Shown here piece by piece: positions 23,920-33,261 of a stretch of DNA of 64,000 bases. Origin of the DNA: Steroidobacteraceae bacterium (GTDB lineage Bacteria > Pseudomonadota > Gammaproteobacteria > Steroidobacterales > Steroidobacteraceae). Position 1 is the stretch's first letter, and each line of letters opens with the position of its first letter. The stretch covers positions 612,366 to 676,365 of the forward strand of contig JASGLD010000001.1 of the NCBI GenBank assembly GCA_049840395.1, in the 5' to 3' direction. A program made the translations under genes and the position numbers. The notes under the pieces are model-generated. The model was not told the origin of the DNA. It did no database searches and worked only from the letters and a program-made list of their open reading frames with translations.

Positions 23920-24576
23920 TCAGGCAATCATCGATATTAAACGTCGATATGCGTCTATATCCGTCAGTGCTACAAATAACAATCCCGTGATGGCGCCATC
24001 GACGTGCGCGGTGTGATTGATGCCATCGCCGCCGCGCCGCGCCAACTGCCACGAATAGATCAGATAACACACGGCAAATAGCGGCGCAGGAATAGGGAAG
24101 GGAATGGGCAGAATGAAAATAGATTGATCTGGAAAGTACACAATGGCGGCAAATAGTACCGCCGACACGGCTCCCGATGCGCCCAGCGACGCATAGCGAG
24201 GATTGTCGCGCTCCTTGAGATAGGTACGCACTTCGCTCAAAGCCAGTGCCAGCAAGTACAGCAAGACAAATGCCGCCGTGCCGATGACTCGTTCCAACGC
24301 CGGCCCGAAGAAGTACAGGCTGAGCATATTGAACAGCAGATGCGCGCCATTGGCATGGATGAACCCGCTGCTGAACAGCGTGTGATATTGCTGGTCGCGT
24401 ACCAGGTAGTAGGGACGGAACAGGCAGAAGTTAATGAGCTTCGGTTGGGCGTACAGGCCAATCAGGCTGATGGCGACGGTGAGCAGCAAGATGCCGATGG
24501 CGCCCGGCGAATTGATATTCAATGTTGGAATCTCATGGGATTGAAGTGGGTGCTGGCTCGTTAAACCCGAGTGCAC
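23920..24576 (-). CDS. Rhomboid family intramembrane serine protease
   Basis: Six TM helices, catalytic GASGAV (GxSG) and a downstream His in a TM helix (AHVDGAITGLLF). Confidence 0.8.
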   Translation of the reverse strand: MHSGLTSQHPLQSHEIPTLNINSPGAIGILLLTVAISLIGLYAQPKLINFCLFRPYYLVRDQQYHTLFSSGFIHANGAHLLFNMLSLYFFGPALERVIGTAAFVLLYLLALALSEVRTYLKERDNPRYASLGASGAVSAVLFAAIVYFPDQSIFILPIPFPIPAPLFAVCYLIYSWQLARRGGDGINHTAHVDGAITGLLFVALTDIDAYRRLISMIA

Positions 24577-24813
24577 TGCTGCGCTTCAGAATACCTGCGC
24601 ACTGGCTTGCGTCAACAGCATCCCAATATTTTTACCGGCTGTACGTTATTGGTGTATGCCCCGTTTAAAAATTGGGCGAGATTGAAGTGGCTAGCCGTTA
24701 TTCCAGCACAGGCGGGAATCCAGTAAAACCTCCATTGCAATTGAAATTGTCCGGACGAGTGTGACTGGAACAACGGCTACAAGTGAATATGCAATGATCG
24801 GTGAATTCATCCT

Positions 24814-25932
24814 ATGAAATCCCTGGGCACGCGCGCCGCCGGCGCAAGACTCGAACGCATGCAGGCATCGCCGTTGTGGGCGGGCGATCGCTTTCAGAAT
24901 ATTCACCCGATGCTGCCTAATCTGCGTGATCCGGCCGTACCCATGCCGTCGATGAAGGACTTCATCTGTGGTGGCGAGCGACGTGTGCCTAGTGCGCCAT
25001 TGCCATCCATGAATCCGCTGGATCTCTGGACCCAGAAGCCGCAAAGCGGTTTGCGTGTGACTTGGTTGGGTCACTCGACGATGCTGATCGAGATCGATGG
25101 CGTGCGCATTCTCACCGATCCGGTATGGGGTCCACGCGCGTCGCCTTCGGCGCTGATCGGGCCTAAACGTTTCCAACCGGTGCCCGTGTCACTGCGCGAA
25201 ATGCCGCCGGTCGATATGGTGATCATTTCGCACGATCACTACGATCATCTCGACTATCCCACCATTCGTACACTCGCCAAAACCGATGTGCCATTCGTTA
25301 CATCTCTAGGCGTCGGCGCGCATCTGGAATATTGGGGTGTACAACCCGAGCGCATCACCGAACTCGATTGGTGGGAATCGCATACTGTGCCGAACAGTGG
25401 CGTGATGATTACCGCTGCACCATCGCAGCATTTTTCCGGACGCGGCTTGAAAGATCGTAATGCCACACTGTGGTCATCGTTTGCGATTCGTTCGCCCAGG
25501 CATTCGGTGTTTTTCAGCGGCGATACGGGGTTGACTACGGAGTATCAAACGATTCGCGAGCGGCTTGGTCCGTTCGATGTGGTGATGTTGGAAGTCGGCG
25601 CCTTCTATCCTGCCTGGGGCGATATTCATCTCGGTCCCGACAATGCGCTTAAGGCCCACGCCATGCTGGGCGGCGTGTTTCTGCCTGTGCATTGGGGCAC
25701 GTTCTCCCTGGCCATGCACGCCTGGGATCAGCCGGCAGAAAGACTGCTGGAGCTGGCGCCGCAAACCGATGCGCAATTGCTCATGCCCTTGTTGGGTCAG
25801 CCGGTGGAGCCGAAACATGCAGAGACGGTCAGACCTTGGTGGCGTGAAGTCGATATGATGACGATCAAGCCCGTGGTGGCAGCGGAGGAGGAGGTTGAGT
25901 TGCCTAAGTCGGTGCCATGGCCCTTGGATTAG
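24814..25932 (+). CDS. MBL-fold metallo-hydrolase (NAPE-PLD-like Zn-dependent hydrolase)
   Basis: HxHxDH motif (ISHDHYDHLD) and beta-lactamase-fold spacing. Confidence 0.8.
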   Translation: MKSLGTRAAGARLERMQASPLWAGDRFQNIHPMLPNLRDPAVPMPSMKDFICGGERRVPSAPLPSMNPLDLWTQKPQSGLRVTWLGHSTMLIEIDGVRILTDPVWGPRASPSALIGPKRFQPVPVSLREMPPVDMVIISHDHYDHLDYPTIRTLAKTDVPFVTSLGVGAHLEYWGVQPERITELDWWESHTVPNSGVMITAAPSQHFSGRGLKDRNATLWSSFAIRSPRHSVFFSGDTGLTTEYQTIRERLGPFDVVMLEVGAFYPAWGDIHLGPDNALKAHAMLGGVFLPVHWGTFSLAMHAWDQPAERLLELAPQTDAQLLMPLLGQPVEPKHAETVRPWWREVDMMTIKPVVAAEEEVELPKSVPWPLD

Positions 25933-25992
25933 TGAGGGGCATTTCTCGCTACATGCTATTGGAGATCTGTTGAGCCAAAAAACCATTTCCTT

Positions 25993-26031
25993 GTAGGTCG
26001 GGTAGCGCTGAAGACAGCTAACCCGACCTAC
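25993..26031. repeat. REP hairpin (TGTAGGTCGGG family)
   Basis: TGTAGGTCGGGTAGCGCTGAAGACAGCTAACCCGACCTACA. Confidence 0.6.
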
Positions 26032-26141
26032 AAGAGAAGCATCTCACACTTCCTTTGCGGCACTCTGTTTTGATGTCGGGACGAGAGTATGGGTAGTGAC
26101 CGTCGAGCATCACCTCGATCCACTCTCTATAATGCTCGCCC

Positions 26142-28013
26142 ATGGCTCCCACGCTTCCCAATCGTCTCGTTCCCTTTGCCTTTTACTTCATCCGTCAGTT
26201 TCGCTGGGGTGCATTAGGTTTATTGCTAGCACCCATTTGCGGACGTGCCGTGATGGCGTCCATTCCTTACTCGATCAAATTACTGACAGATACCGTGCTG
26301 GCATTGAACGGCGCAATCGAGCAGGCGGCCAGTGCCTTATTCTGGCCGTTGGTGTTGTTCTGCACTTTGGTGATCGGCCGTTTTGCCTGCGATGGCGCGA
26401 TGTGGTTTAGCTCCTATCAGGCACGTACGCCCATGCTGGTGCGTATTAAGGAAGAAGTGTTCGCCTATGCACAGCGTCTGTCGCCGGCGTATTTCGAAAG
26501 CACGCTATCCGGCAAGATTGCACACCGCGCGGTGATGTTGCCGGATCAGCTGCTGGCGCTGTTCGACATGATGGTGTTTGATTTTATTCCCAGCGCCATG
26601 TTCTTCCTGTTTGTCGCGGCGTTCTTCTACGTGGCCAGCGCCAAGTTCTGCGCCATTGCCATGGGCAGTTTGCTGGTTTACTTCCTGGTCAGCTTGTACT
26701 TCGGTCAGGAGTGCGCGCGGCGCGCCAAGGCGAACAACGAGTCCCGCGCCGCAGTGACCGGGCGCATCGTCGATGTGATCACCAATATCCGCAATGTGTT
26801 CTTGTTCGCCAATCAGTCGCTGGAAGATCAGCAGCTCAAAACCTACACGGGTGAGGAGTTCAAGCGACGTCGTGCGTCTTATCGGGCTGTAGTGCGGCTG
26901 CGTTGTCTGCAATACGTCATGGATATAGGCATGTGGCTGGCGTTTGTCGGCGGCGCCTTGTATTCGTGGGTACACGGCAGTATTGGCGCCGGTGACTTCG
27001 TGATGATCACCACGCTGACCGGTTCGTTGCTGCAATCCGCGTACAACCTGGGCCAGCGCATTCCGGAATTTTACGATCAGCTGGGTGCGGCGCAGGAGAG
27101 CATCGAGACGTTGATTGTACCGACTACTCTGCCGGATCAACCCAATGCGCCGGTGCTCAAAGTATCGCGCGGCGAAATTCGTTACGACCGCATCGCGTTC
27201 TCATACGACGCAACCGGCACGGGCTCGCGCAGCATCGTTAAAGACTTTGAGCTGGTGATTCCACCGGGACAGCGTGTGGGCCTGGTCGGTCCAAGCGGTG
27301 CCGGTAAAACCACGCTGATGGGCTTGTTACTGCGCATGCATGATGTGTCGCAGGGTGCGATACGCATCGACGGTCAGGATATCCGCCGGGTGGTGCAGCA
27401 AAGTTTGCGTGATCAAATCGGCCTCATTCCGCAGGATACCAATCTGTTTCATCGCTCGTTGTTGGAGAACATTCGCTACGGCCGACCCGACGCCACCGAT
27501 GCGGAAGTGGAAGCCGCTGCACGCCGCGCGCATGCGCATGAGTTCATCATGGAGCTGGACCATGGCTATAAAACCATGGTGGGCGAACGCGGCATCAAGC
27601 TTTCGGGCGGACAACGTCAGCGCATTGCCATTGCCCGCGCCATTCTGCGCGACGCGCCTATTTTGCTATTGGACGAGGCCACCAGTGCACTCGACAGTCA
27701 GAGCGAACACGTTATCCAACAAGCCATGCGCGAAGCCATGGCGGGCAAGACCGTCATCGCCATCGCACATCGCCTGAGTACGGTGATGGATATGGATCGT
27801 CTGATTGTGTTGCAGCAAGGCGTAATCGTTGCCGATGGTTCGCACGCAGAGCTATTGCAGCAGGGCGGTTTGTACGCCGAGCTGTGGCGCAAGCAGTCTG
27901 GCGACTTCAATCCGGTGCGGCGTCATATCGACGAGCCGGAACCGCAGGAGGTCGAGGAAGCTGATGCACGTGCGCCCGGAAGTGCGGTTGAGCGTGGCGC
28001 GGCGGCGGAGTAG
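26142..28013 (+). CDS. ABC transporter, fused permease/ATP-binding protein (MsbA-like exporter)
   Basis: Six-TM domain, then Walker A (GPSGAGKTT), signature LSGGQRQR and Walker B (ILLLDEATSALD). Confidence 0.88.
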   Translation: MAPTLPNRLVPFAFYFIRQFRWGALGLLLAPICGRAVMASIPYSIKLLTDTVLALNGAIEQAASALFWPLVLFCTLVIGRFACDGAMWFSSYQARTPMLVRIKEEVFAYAQRLSPAYFESTLSGKIAHRAVMLPDQLLALFDMMVFDFIPSAMFFLFVAAFFYVASAKFCAIAMGSLLVYFLVSLYFGQECARRAKANNESRAAVTGRIVDVITNIRNVFLFANQSLEDQQLKTYTGEEFKRRRASYRAVVRLRCLQYVMDIGMWLAFVGGALYSWVHGSIGAGDFVMITTLTGSLLQSAYNLGQRIPEFYDQLGAAQESIETLIVPTTLPDQPNAPVLKVSRGEIRYDRIAFSYDATGTGSRSIVKDFELVIPPGQRVGLVGPSGAGKTTLMGLLLRMHDVSQGAIRIDGQDIRRVVQQSLRDQIGLIPQDTNLFHRSLLENIRYGRPDATDAEVEAAARRAHAHEFIMELDHGYKTMVGERGIKLSGGQRQRIAIARAILRDAPILLLDEATSALDSQSEHVIQQAMREAMAGKTVIAIAHRLSTVMDMDRLIVLQQGVIVADGSHAELLQQGGLYAELWRKQSGDFNPVRRHIDEPEPQEVEEADARAPGSAVERGAAAE

Positions 28014-28089
28014 AGCACGCAACAGTCAGAGTCATTGCGCTTAAATAGATATTAAAAAAACTAATGTTGAAGCGGATGTATTCGTCAAC

Positions 28090-28178
28090 CGTCATCCTCG
28101 CGAAGGCGGGGATCCAGCAATTAAAGCGTCGCAACGCGACACATCTATAACTGGATGCTCGCCTTCGCGAGCATGACG
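28090..28178. repeat. ~90-bp TIR palindromic element (MITE/REP-like), copy 1
   Basis: CGTCATCCTCGCGAAGGCGGGGATCCAG...CTGGATGCTCGCCTTCGCGAGCATGACG. A second copy lies at 39620-39707. Confidence 0.7.
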
Positions 28179-28216
28179 AATTCTCATGCTTACGATTGAG
28201 TGGGTTCTATTGAATC

Positions 28217-29551
28217 TCACGCGGTCGCAACTGCAGGCGTATAAGCCCGACGATTGATGCGTAGTACCAATACCGCGCCAATGATGCACAGTGTGCCTGA
28301 GATTAAAGTCGGCGCTGTATAACTGCCCAGCGAACTGCGCAACATACCCGCGCCCAAAGCAGCGAACGCAGCGCCCAATTGATGGCCCGCAACAATCCAA
28401 CCGAAAATAACCGGCGCATCCTTACTACCGAAGATGTCGGTGGTCAGTCGCACGGTTGGCGGCACCGTGGCAATCCAATCCAGGCCATAGAACAAGCCGA
28501 ACAACGGCAAGCCAAAGTATTGGAAGCCAAATGCATAAGGCAGAAACAGCAGCGCTAATCCACGCAGTCCGTAATACCAAAACAGCAGCACACGATTGTT
28601 GAAGCGATCGGATAACCAACCGGAGAGCGTGGTGCCGAATAAATCGCATATGCCCATCATGGCCAACATGCTCGCGCCTTTGACTTCGGAGAGTCCATAG
28701 TCGCCGCACATGGCGATGAAGTGGGTGCCGATGTAGCCATTGGTGCTGGCGCCGCAAATGAAGAACGTAAACACCAGCAACCAGAAGTCGCCACGCTGAC
28801 TGGCTTTGCGTAGTGCGGCAAAGGCAATGACGATGGGATTGGCCTGGCTTTGGGTTGATTCAATGGGCGCATCGGGCGCTTCACCGAGGCGACGCACGCC
28901 CACATTGGTCGGTTGTTCCGGCAGTAGTAACAGCACCAGTGGCAATACAATCGCTGCCGCAGTAGCGACCAATAACACAATGGGGCGCCAACCCTGCTGT
29001 TCAACGATCCATGCCATCAAAGGCAGGAACACCAGCTGGCCCGTGGCCGAGCTAGCCGTCAGAATGCCCATGGCCAGACCGCGATGCTGACTAAACCAGC
29101 GATTTACCACCGTAGCGCCCAAGGTCATCGAAGTCGCACCCGTTGCACCGCCGACCAGCACGCCCCAGATCAACACCATCTGCCACTGCGCAGTCATCTT
29201 GCTGGAAAGGGCAACGCCAGCTGCTAACACAGCCAGGGCGGCAATGACGGTGCGCCGCAAACCAAAGCGTTGCATGGCTGCGGCAGCAAATGGCCCCATT
29301 AAGCCGAATAGCGCCAGATTGATAGCTAGAGCTAAAGAGATAGTGGTGCGCGACCAGCCAAAGCTGCGTTCCAGCGGCACCATCATTACGCTGGGCGTGG
29401 CGCGAATGCCCGCCGTCACCAGCATGATCAGAAAAGTCACGCCCAGCGCAATCCATGCGTAATGGAATCGGGTTTTGCTCCAGTGGGCCGGCTGCTGCAT
29501 GGCGGTATCCGTTCGATGACGATCTACTAAATTGTTACCGAGCGGTAACAA
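28217..29551 (-). CDS. MFS transporter
   Basis: 444 aa with 12 predicted TM helices and an MFS-type GxLaDrxGrR-like loop (LSDRFNNRV). Confidence 0.85.
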   Translation of the reverse strand: MLPLGNNLVDRHRTDTAMQQPAHWSKTRFHYAWIALGVTFLIMLVTAGIRATPSVMMVPLERSFGWSRTTISLALAINLALFGLMGPFAAAAMQRFGLRRTVIAALAVLAAGVALSSKMTAQWQMVLIWGVLVGGATGATSMTLGATVVNRWFSQHRGLAMGILTASSATGQLVFLPLMAWIVEQQGWRPIVLLVATAAAIVLPLVLLLLPEQPTNVGVRRLGEAPDAPIESTQSQANPIVIAFAALRKASQRGDFWLLVFTFFICGASTNGYIGTHFIAMCGDYGLSEVKGASMLAMMGICDLFGTTLSGWLSDRFNNRVLLFWYYGLRGLALLFLPYAFGFQYFGLPLFGLFYGLDWIATVPPTVRLTTDIFGSKDAPVIFGWIVAGHQLGAAFAALGAGMLRSSLGSYTAPTLISGTLCIIGAVLVLRINRRAYTPAVATA

Positions 29552-29582
29552 GTGCTGGCAATACTAGTGACCGCTCGGTAAC
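29534..29582. promoter_or_regulatory. Probable TetR operator pair in the divergent MFS/TetR intergenic region
   Basis: Two copies of the palindrome TTACCGAGCGGTAA (GTTACCGAGCGGTAAC and GACCGCTCGGTAAC), 18 bp apart, between divergent genes. Confidence 0.6.
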
Positions 29583-29628
29583 ATTGTCAACAGCCCAGTC
29601 TGTATAACCTTCAACCCGGAATAGAGTC

Positions 29629-30243
29629 ATGGCTGCCCGTCATAAGCGCCCCGTGCGCACCATCACCGCCGGCAGTACTGCCCAGGCGCAGATACTGGAT
29701 GCCGCCGAAGCGCTGTTTTACTCCGAGGGCGCCCGCAACATCGGCATCAATGCGGTAGTGAAACGCGCCGGCGTCAACAAGATGAGCCTGTACCGGCAAT
29801 TCGAATCCAAGGAAGATCTGTTGCAGCAATACCTGCAACGCCGTGATGAAAAGTTCTGGGCCTATATCGATGCCAGTCTAAACCAGCATCCAGATGATCC
29901 CCGTGCCCAACTACGTCAGTTGTTTATCGATCTGGCCAAGCGCACTGCGGCGCCGGATTATCGTGGCTGCCCCTTCGTCAATATCGCCGTAGAGTTCCCG
30001 GATCGCACGCATGTGGCGCGCAAGATGGTGGCCGATAACAAGCGACGCTTGCTGGCTCGTCTAACTGAATTATCGAAAGCGGCTGGTGCCCGTAACGCCA
30101 CTTCGTTGGCTAAAACCTTGGCTATCTTGATCGAGGGCGCCTATGCCGCGAGTCAAACTTATGATGTTGATTGCTCGTTGATGAAAGCCTTGCCGAAAGC
30201 AGCTGCGGTGTTGATCGATGCGGCGGTGAAGGCAGATGATTAA
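29629..30243 (+). CDS. TetR/AcrR family transcriptional regulator
   Basis: N-terminal HTH (NIGINAVVKRAGVNKMSLYRQFESKEDLL). Confidence 0.88.
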   Translation: MAARHKRPVRTITAGSTAQAQILDAAEALFYSEGARNIGINAVVKRAGVNKMSLYRQFESKEDLLQQYLQRRDEKFWAYIDASLNQHPDDPRAQLRQLFIDLAKRTAAPDYRGCPFVNIAVEFPDRTHVARKMVADNKRRLLARLTELSKAAGARNATSLAKTLAILIEGAYAASQTYDVDCSLMKALPKAAAVLIDAAVKADD

Positions 30244-30314
30244 TCGATCCCGATGTAGGGCGTACTCATGAGTGCGCCATCCGAAAACACGTGATTGAAA
30301 CCGCCGCGCCTTTT

Positions 30315-30372
30315 TGTAGGTCGGGTTTTACACCCGACTCTTAAAAGAAGTCGGGTATAAAACCCGACCTAC
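30315..30372. repeat. REP hairpin (TGTAGGTCGGG family)
   Basis: TGTAGGTCGGGTTTTACACCCGACTCTTAAAAGAAGTCGGGTATAAAACCCGACCTACA. Confidence 0.65.
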
Positions 30373-30680
30373 AACGATCACAAACCACGGCACCAATTCC
30401 TTGATGGCGAATCATCCACGACTTGGATGATTTCGTATTCGTCATCCTCCTCGCCATCCAACAAATATTTTCACAAGAGTATTGACTCCAATAAAAACAG
30501 GCATAACATGCGCGCCCCTATGTTTACTCAAATACACAAACCAACTCTGTCGCAGCAGCTTTATAGCTGCGTGCACATCGCGAATGAAGCCATTCGCGGT
30601 GACGGGTTGGTGTTGTCTTATGAATTGCCAGCGCAATTCAACATGGATGCAAACAAGCTAAGTTAGCTTTCTACGCAAGT

Positions 30681-30749
30681 GGAAGGCTGCATGGCCTTCC
30701 AGAACGGTCCTTAAAGGCCCTGGTCGGCAATGCTGATCAGGGCCTTTTT
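30681..30749 (+). terminator. Tandem hairpins ending in a T-run (rho-independent terminator) after an AT-rich segment
   Basis: GGAAGGC-TGCAT-GGCCTTCC, then GGCCCTG...CAGGGCC followed by TTTTT. Confidence 0.55.
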
Positions 30750-30950
30750 CGTTCGCGGCGAAAAAATCCCTGAATGTCGATTTTTAGAATTCTTGTCGAT
30801 GCCTGCTTAACGATGAGCCGGCAGCGACAGGTACCGAGGTCTGGATGATTGTGTTGTGTCAGCGGCGTCGACTCTTGAGTTCGACCTGGCCTGTTGCGAT
30901 CTCTCGTTATCGCTACATGTACCGCACAAGACGATGTCCTAACCACCACC

Positions 30951-31022
30951 CGCAAGGTAGCTAAGTTGGGAAAGCAAATGGTTAGTAACCATTAGTCGAG
31001 GGTTCGAATCCCTCTCTTGCAG
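30951..31022 (+). tRNA. tRNA-like gene with canonical cloverleaf invariants but anticodon AGT and a C1/A72 mismatch (possible pseudo- or atypical tRNA)
   Basis: Hand-folded cloverleaf. Acceptor CGCAAGG/TCTTGCA, U8, A14, G18G19, A21. Anticodon stem AATGG/CCATT with loop TTAGTAA. T-arm GAGGG-TTCGAAT-CCCTC. Confidence 0.35.
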
Positions 31023-31029
31023 CGACTTA

Positions 31030-31086
31030 AGATGTCGTTATCGGTAAGGTCGAAAGACCCGGGGTTCGACTCCCCCTGTGATGCCA
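31030..31086 (+). other. tRNA 3'-half-like fragment (T-arm GGGG-TTCGACT-CCCC, then CTGTGATG-CCA)
   Basis: Resembles the 3' end of selC-type tRNAs. No matching 5' acceptor strand was found. Confidence 0.2.
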
Positions 31087-31427
31087 GTTGCATCCCACGC
31101 GAAGCGCAAGCTTCGCAACCGAGGCGCCTCGGCGTAGCTCGCGTAGTTACTGCAACTACTTGAGAACGCAACGCGGTCAGCGCTCTGTGCAAGGTGGTTT
31201 GGCGAGATTGGGTTTATCGATAGGTGCAGGAATGCGTGCGGAGTCAGGGATGACGGGCGCGCGGCACGGCAACCGAAGCGATAACGATGATCCATTCAAA
31301 CACTTATGCCCGTGCCGACGACGTGAGGTGGCTTCGGATCTTTTTTGAATTCTCGATCAAGTGGCAGCGATGCCGCGTAGTCGTGAACGGTGAGTGGAAG
31401 AGAAAGTAAGTAGGAAAGGAGAACAAG

Positions 31428-32573
31428 ATGTTGAACATCATGCGTATGGTCATTGCGCAGCACGAGCGGGCGTTGCTCTGGAAGAACAAGACCTTCGTTG
31501 GCGTGCTGGAACCCGGTGTGCGCTGGCTGCTGCAGCCGTTTGCTCGCACGGACGTACAGGTCTGCGACTTGACCAAGCCTGAGTTCGATCACGAGCGTGT
31601 CGACTTCATGATGAGTGAAGCGCGTGAGTTGATCGAGCGTTACTTCCAGGTAGTGGAGTTGAGCGACCGTGAAGTGGGCGTGGTCTACAAGAACGGCAAG
31701 CTGGCCGGTGTGTTGTCGCCGGGCAAGCGTCAGTTGTACTGGCGTGGCCCGATTGAGGTGAAGGTCGACAAGATCGATATCTCAAGCGATATCGAAGTGC
31801 CGACCTCGGTGGCCAAGTTGCTGGCGCGCGCCAAGGCGCCGCTGGCAGCGCAGGTGGCCGATGCGGTGGTGTCGGTGGAAGTGCCGGACACCTCGGTGGG
31901 CTTGCTGATTGTGGACGGCGCCTTCGTCAAGTCGCTGGCCTCGGGTCTGCATGTGTTCTGGAAGTGGCAGCGTACGATCAAGGTCGAACAAGTCGATAAG
32001 CGTGTGCAGGCCATGGAAGTCTCGGGTCAGGAAATCCTGACCAAGGACAAGGTGAGCCTGCGGATCAACTTGACGGCCTTGTGGCAGGTGGTCGATGCGG
32101 TCAAGGCGCGCAGTGAATTGCAGAACTTCGTGGAGTTCATCTACAAGGAAATGCAGTTCGCCCTGCGTGAGGCCATCGGTGCACGGACACTGGACGAGAT
32201 GTTGAGCGCCAAGGGCGATGTCGATCGCGAGATCGAAACCCTGGCGCGTACCAAGATCGAGTCTCATGGCATGTCACTGAAGAGCGTCGGCATCAAGGAC
32301 GTGATCCTGCCCGGTGAGATGAAGGACATCTTGAACCGAGTGGTGGAGGCTGAGAAGGCGGCGCAAGCCAACCTGATCAAGCGTCGTGAAGAGACGGCCG
32401 CGACCCGGTCGTTGCTGAACACCGCACGGTTGATGGATGACAACCCGACGCTGCTGCGCTTGAAGGAGTTGGAGACCTTGGAGAAGGTGACCGAAAAGGT
32501 CGACAAGCTGACGGTCTTCGGCGGTCTGGAAGGCGTATTGAAGGACGTGGTGCGAATTCAGGTGCCCTCGTGA
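31428..32573 (+). CDS. SPFH/band-7 domain protein (stomatin/HflC-like)
   Basis: 381 aa with an SPFH core (LKSVGIKDVILPGEMKDILNRVVEAEKAAQANLIKRREETAA). Confidence 0.8.
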   Translation: MLNIMRMVIAQHERALLWKNKTFVGVLEPGVRWLLQPFARTDVQVCDLTKPEFDHERVDFMMSEARELIERYFQVVELSDREVGVVYKNGKLAGVLSPGKRQLYWRGPIEVKVDKIDISSDIEVPTSVAKLLARAKAPLAAQVADAVVSVEVPDTSVGLLIVDGAFVKSLASGLHVFWKWQRTIKVEQVDKRVQAMEVSGQEILTKDKVSLRINLTALWQVVDAVKARSELQNFVEFIYKEMQFALREAIGARTLDEMLSAKGDVDREIETLARTKIESHGMSLKSVGIKDVILPGEMKDILNRVVEAEKAAQANLIKRREETAATRSLLNTARLMDDNPTLLRLKELETLEKVTEKVDKLTVFGGLEGVLKDVVRIQVPS

Positions 32574-32741
32574 GAGGCCCGCGTACGCACCATGAGTAGT
32601 CAAGCAAAAAACAAACCGGCTCCACGAGGAAACTTGTGGGGCCGGTTCTTTTCATTCTGAGCCGGCAGTGTATGTGCTTGTCGCGTTCTCGAAGAGTGGC
32701 TGAATCAAATCAGCGATACTGCCGGTGAAAGGTGGCCGCTA

Positions 32742-33245
32742 TCAGTTCTTTTTCTTTTCGGGATATTGGTAGCTGGTTGATTCTGCATATTGATTGATAT
32801 TTCCATCCGGCTTGTACGAGACTTTGGTCTCGATGACTTGCACATGGTCGCCAAAGTACTGATAGGCGGTCAGTCCAACAACCTGGTTTCCGGAATAGAG
32901 GTATTCACGCAATGGTTTTTTGAAACCAAGGCTGGTTGGATTTTTATCTATTTCCTTTATTACCTTGCCACCAGGTTCGGTCACAAATTCGATATAGCCG
33001 TTGTCCTGAGACACCGCCAGAGCGACCAGTCGTGGATCATTGAGCGCAGGTTTTGCGTCTGGCACACCTGAAGTCGAATTGAGTTGCACGTCGGCAGTCG
33101 GTACAACCGATTTACCCTCTGTTCTGCTGCTGGCTTTAGACTCGGGTGACGTGGGGGATTCATCAAGCGAGTCGCTGCCAAGATAAGTAATACCCACGGC
33201 CGCAGCCACCAGAATCACCGCGCCGGCGATAAGCGTTTTTCTCAC
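32742..33245 (-). CDS. Hypothetical membrane-anchored/secreted protein
   Basis: 167 aa with an N-terminal TM (LIAGAVILVAAAVGITYL). It has lower GC than its surroundings. Confidence 0.5.
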   Translation of the reverse strand: MRKTLIAGAVILVAAAVGITYLGSDSLDESPTSPESKASSRTEGKSVVPTADVQLNSTSGVPDAKPALNDPRLVALAVSQDNGYIEFVTEPGGKVIKEIDKNPTSLGFKKPLREYLYSGNQVVGLTAYQYFGDHVQVIETKVSYKPDGNINQYAESTSYQYPEKKKN

Positions 33246-33261
33246 TGTATTTCCACTCTGT

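Noticed and set aside
30760-31090. tmRNA (ssrA) hypothesis for the T-arm-containing non-coding stretch
   Set aside because: No GGGG...acceptor/UCCACCA 3' end, no ANDxNYALAA-type tag reading frame, and two separate T-arm motifs instead of one. It fits a tRNA-like gene plus fragment better.
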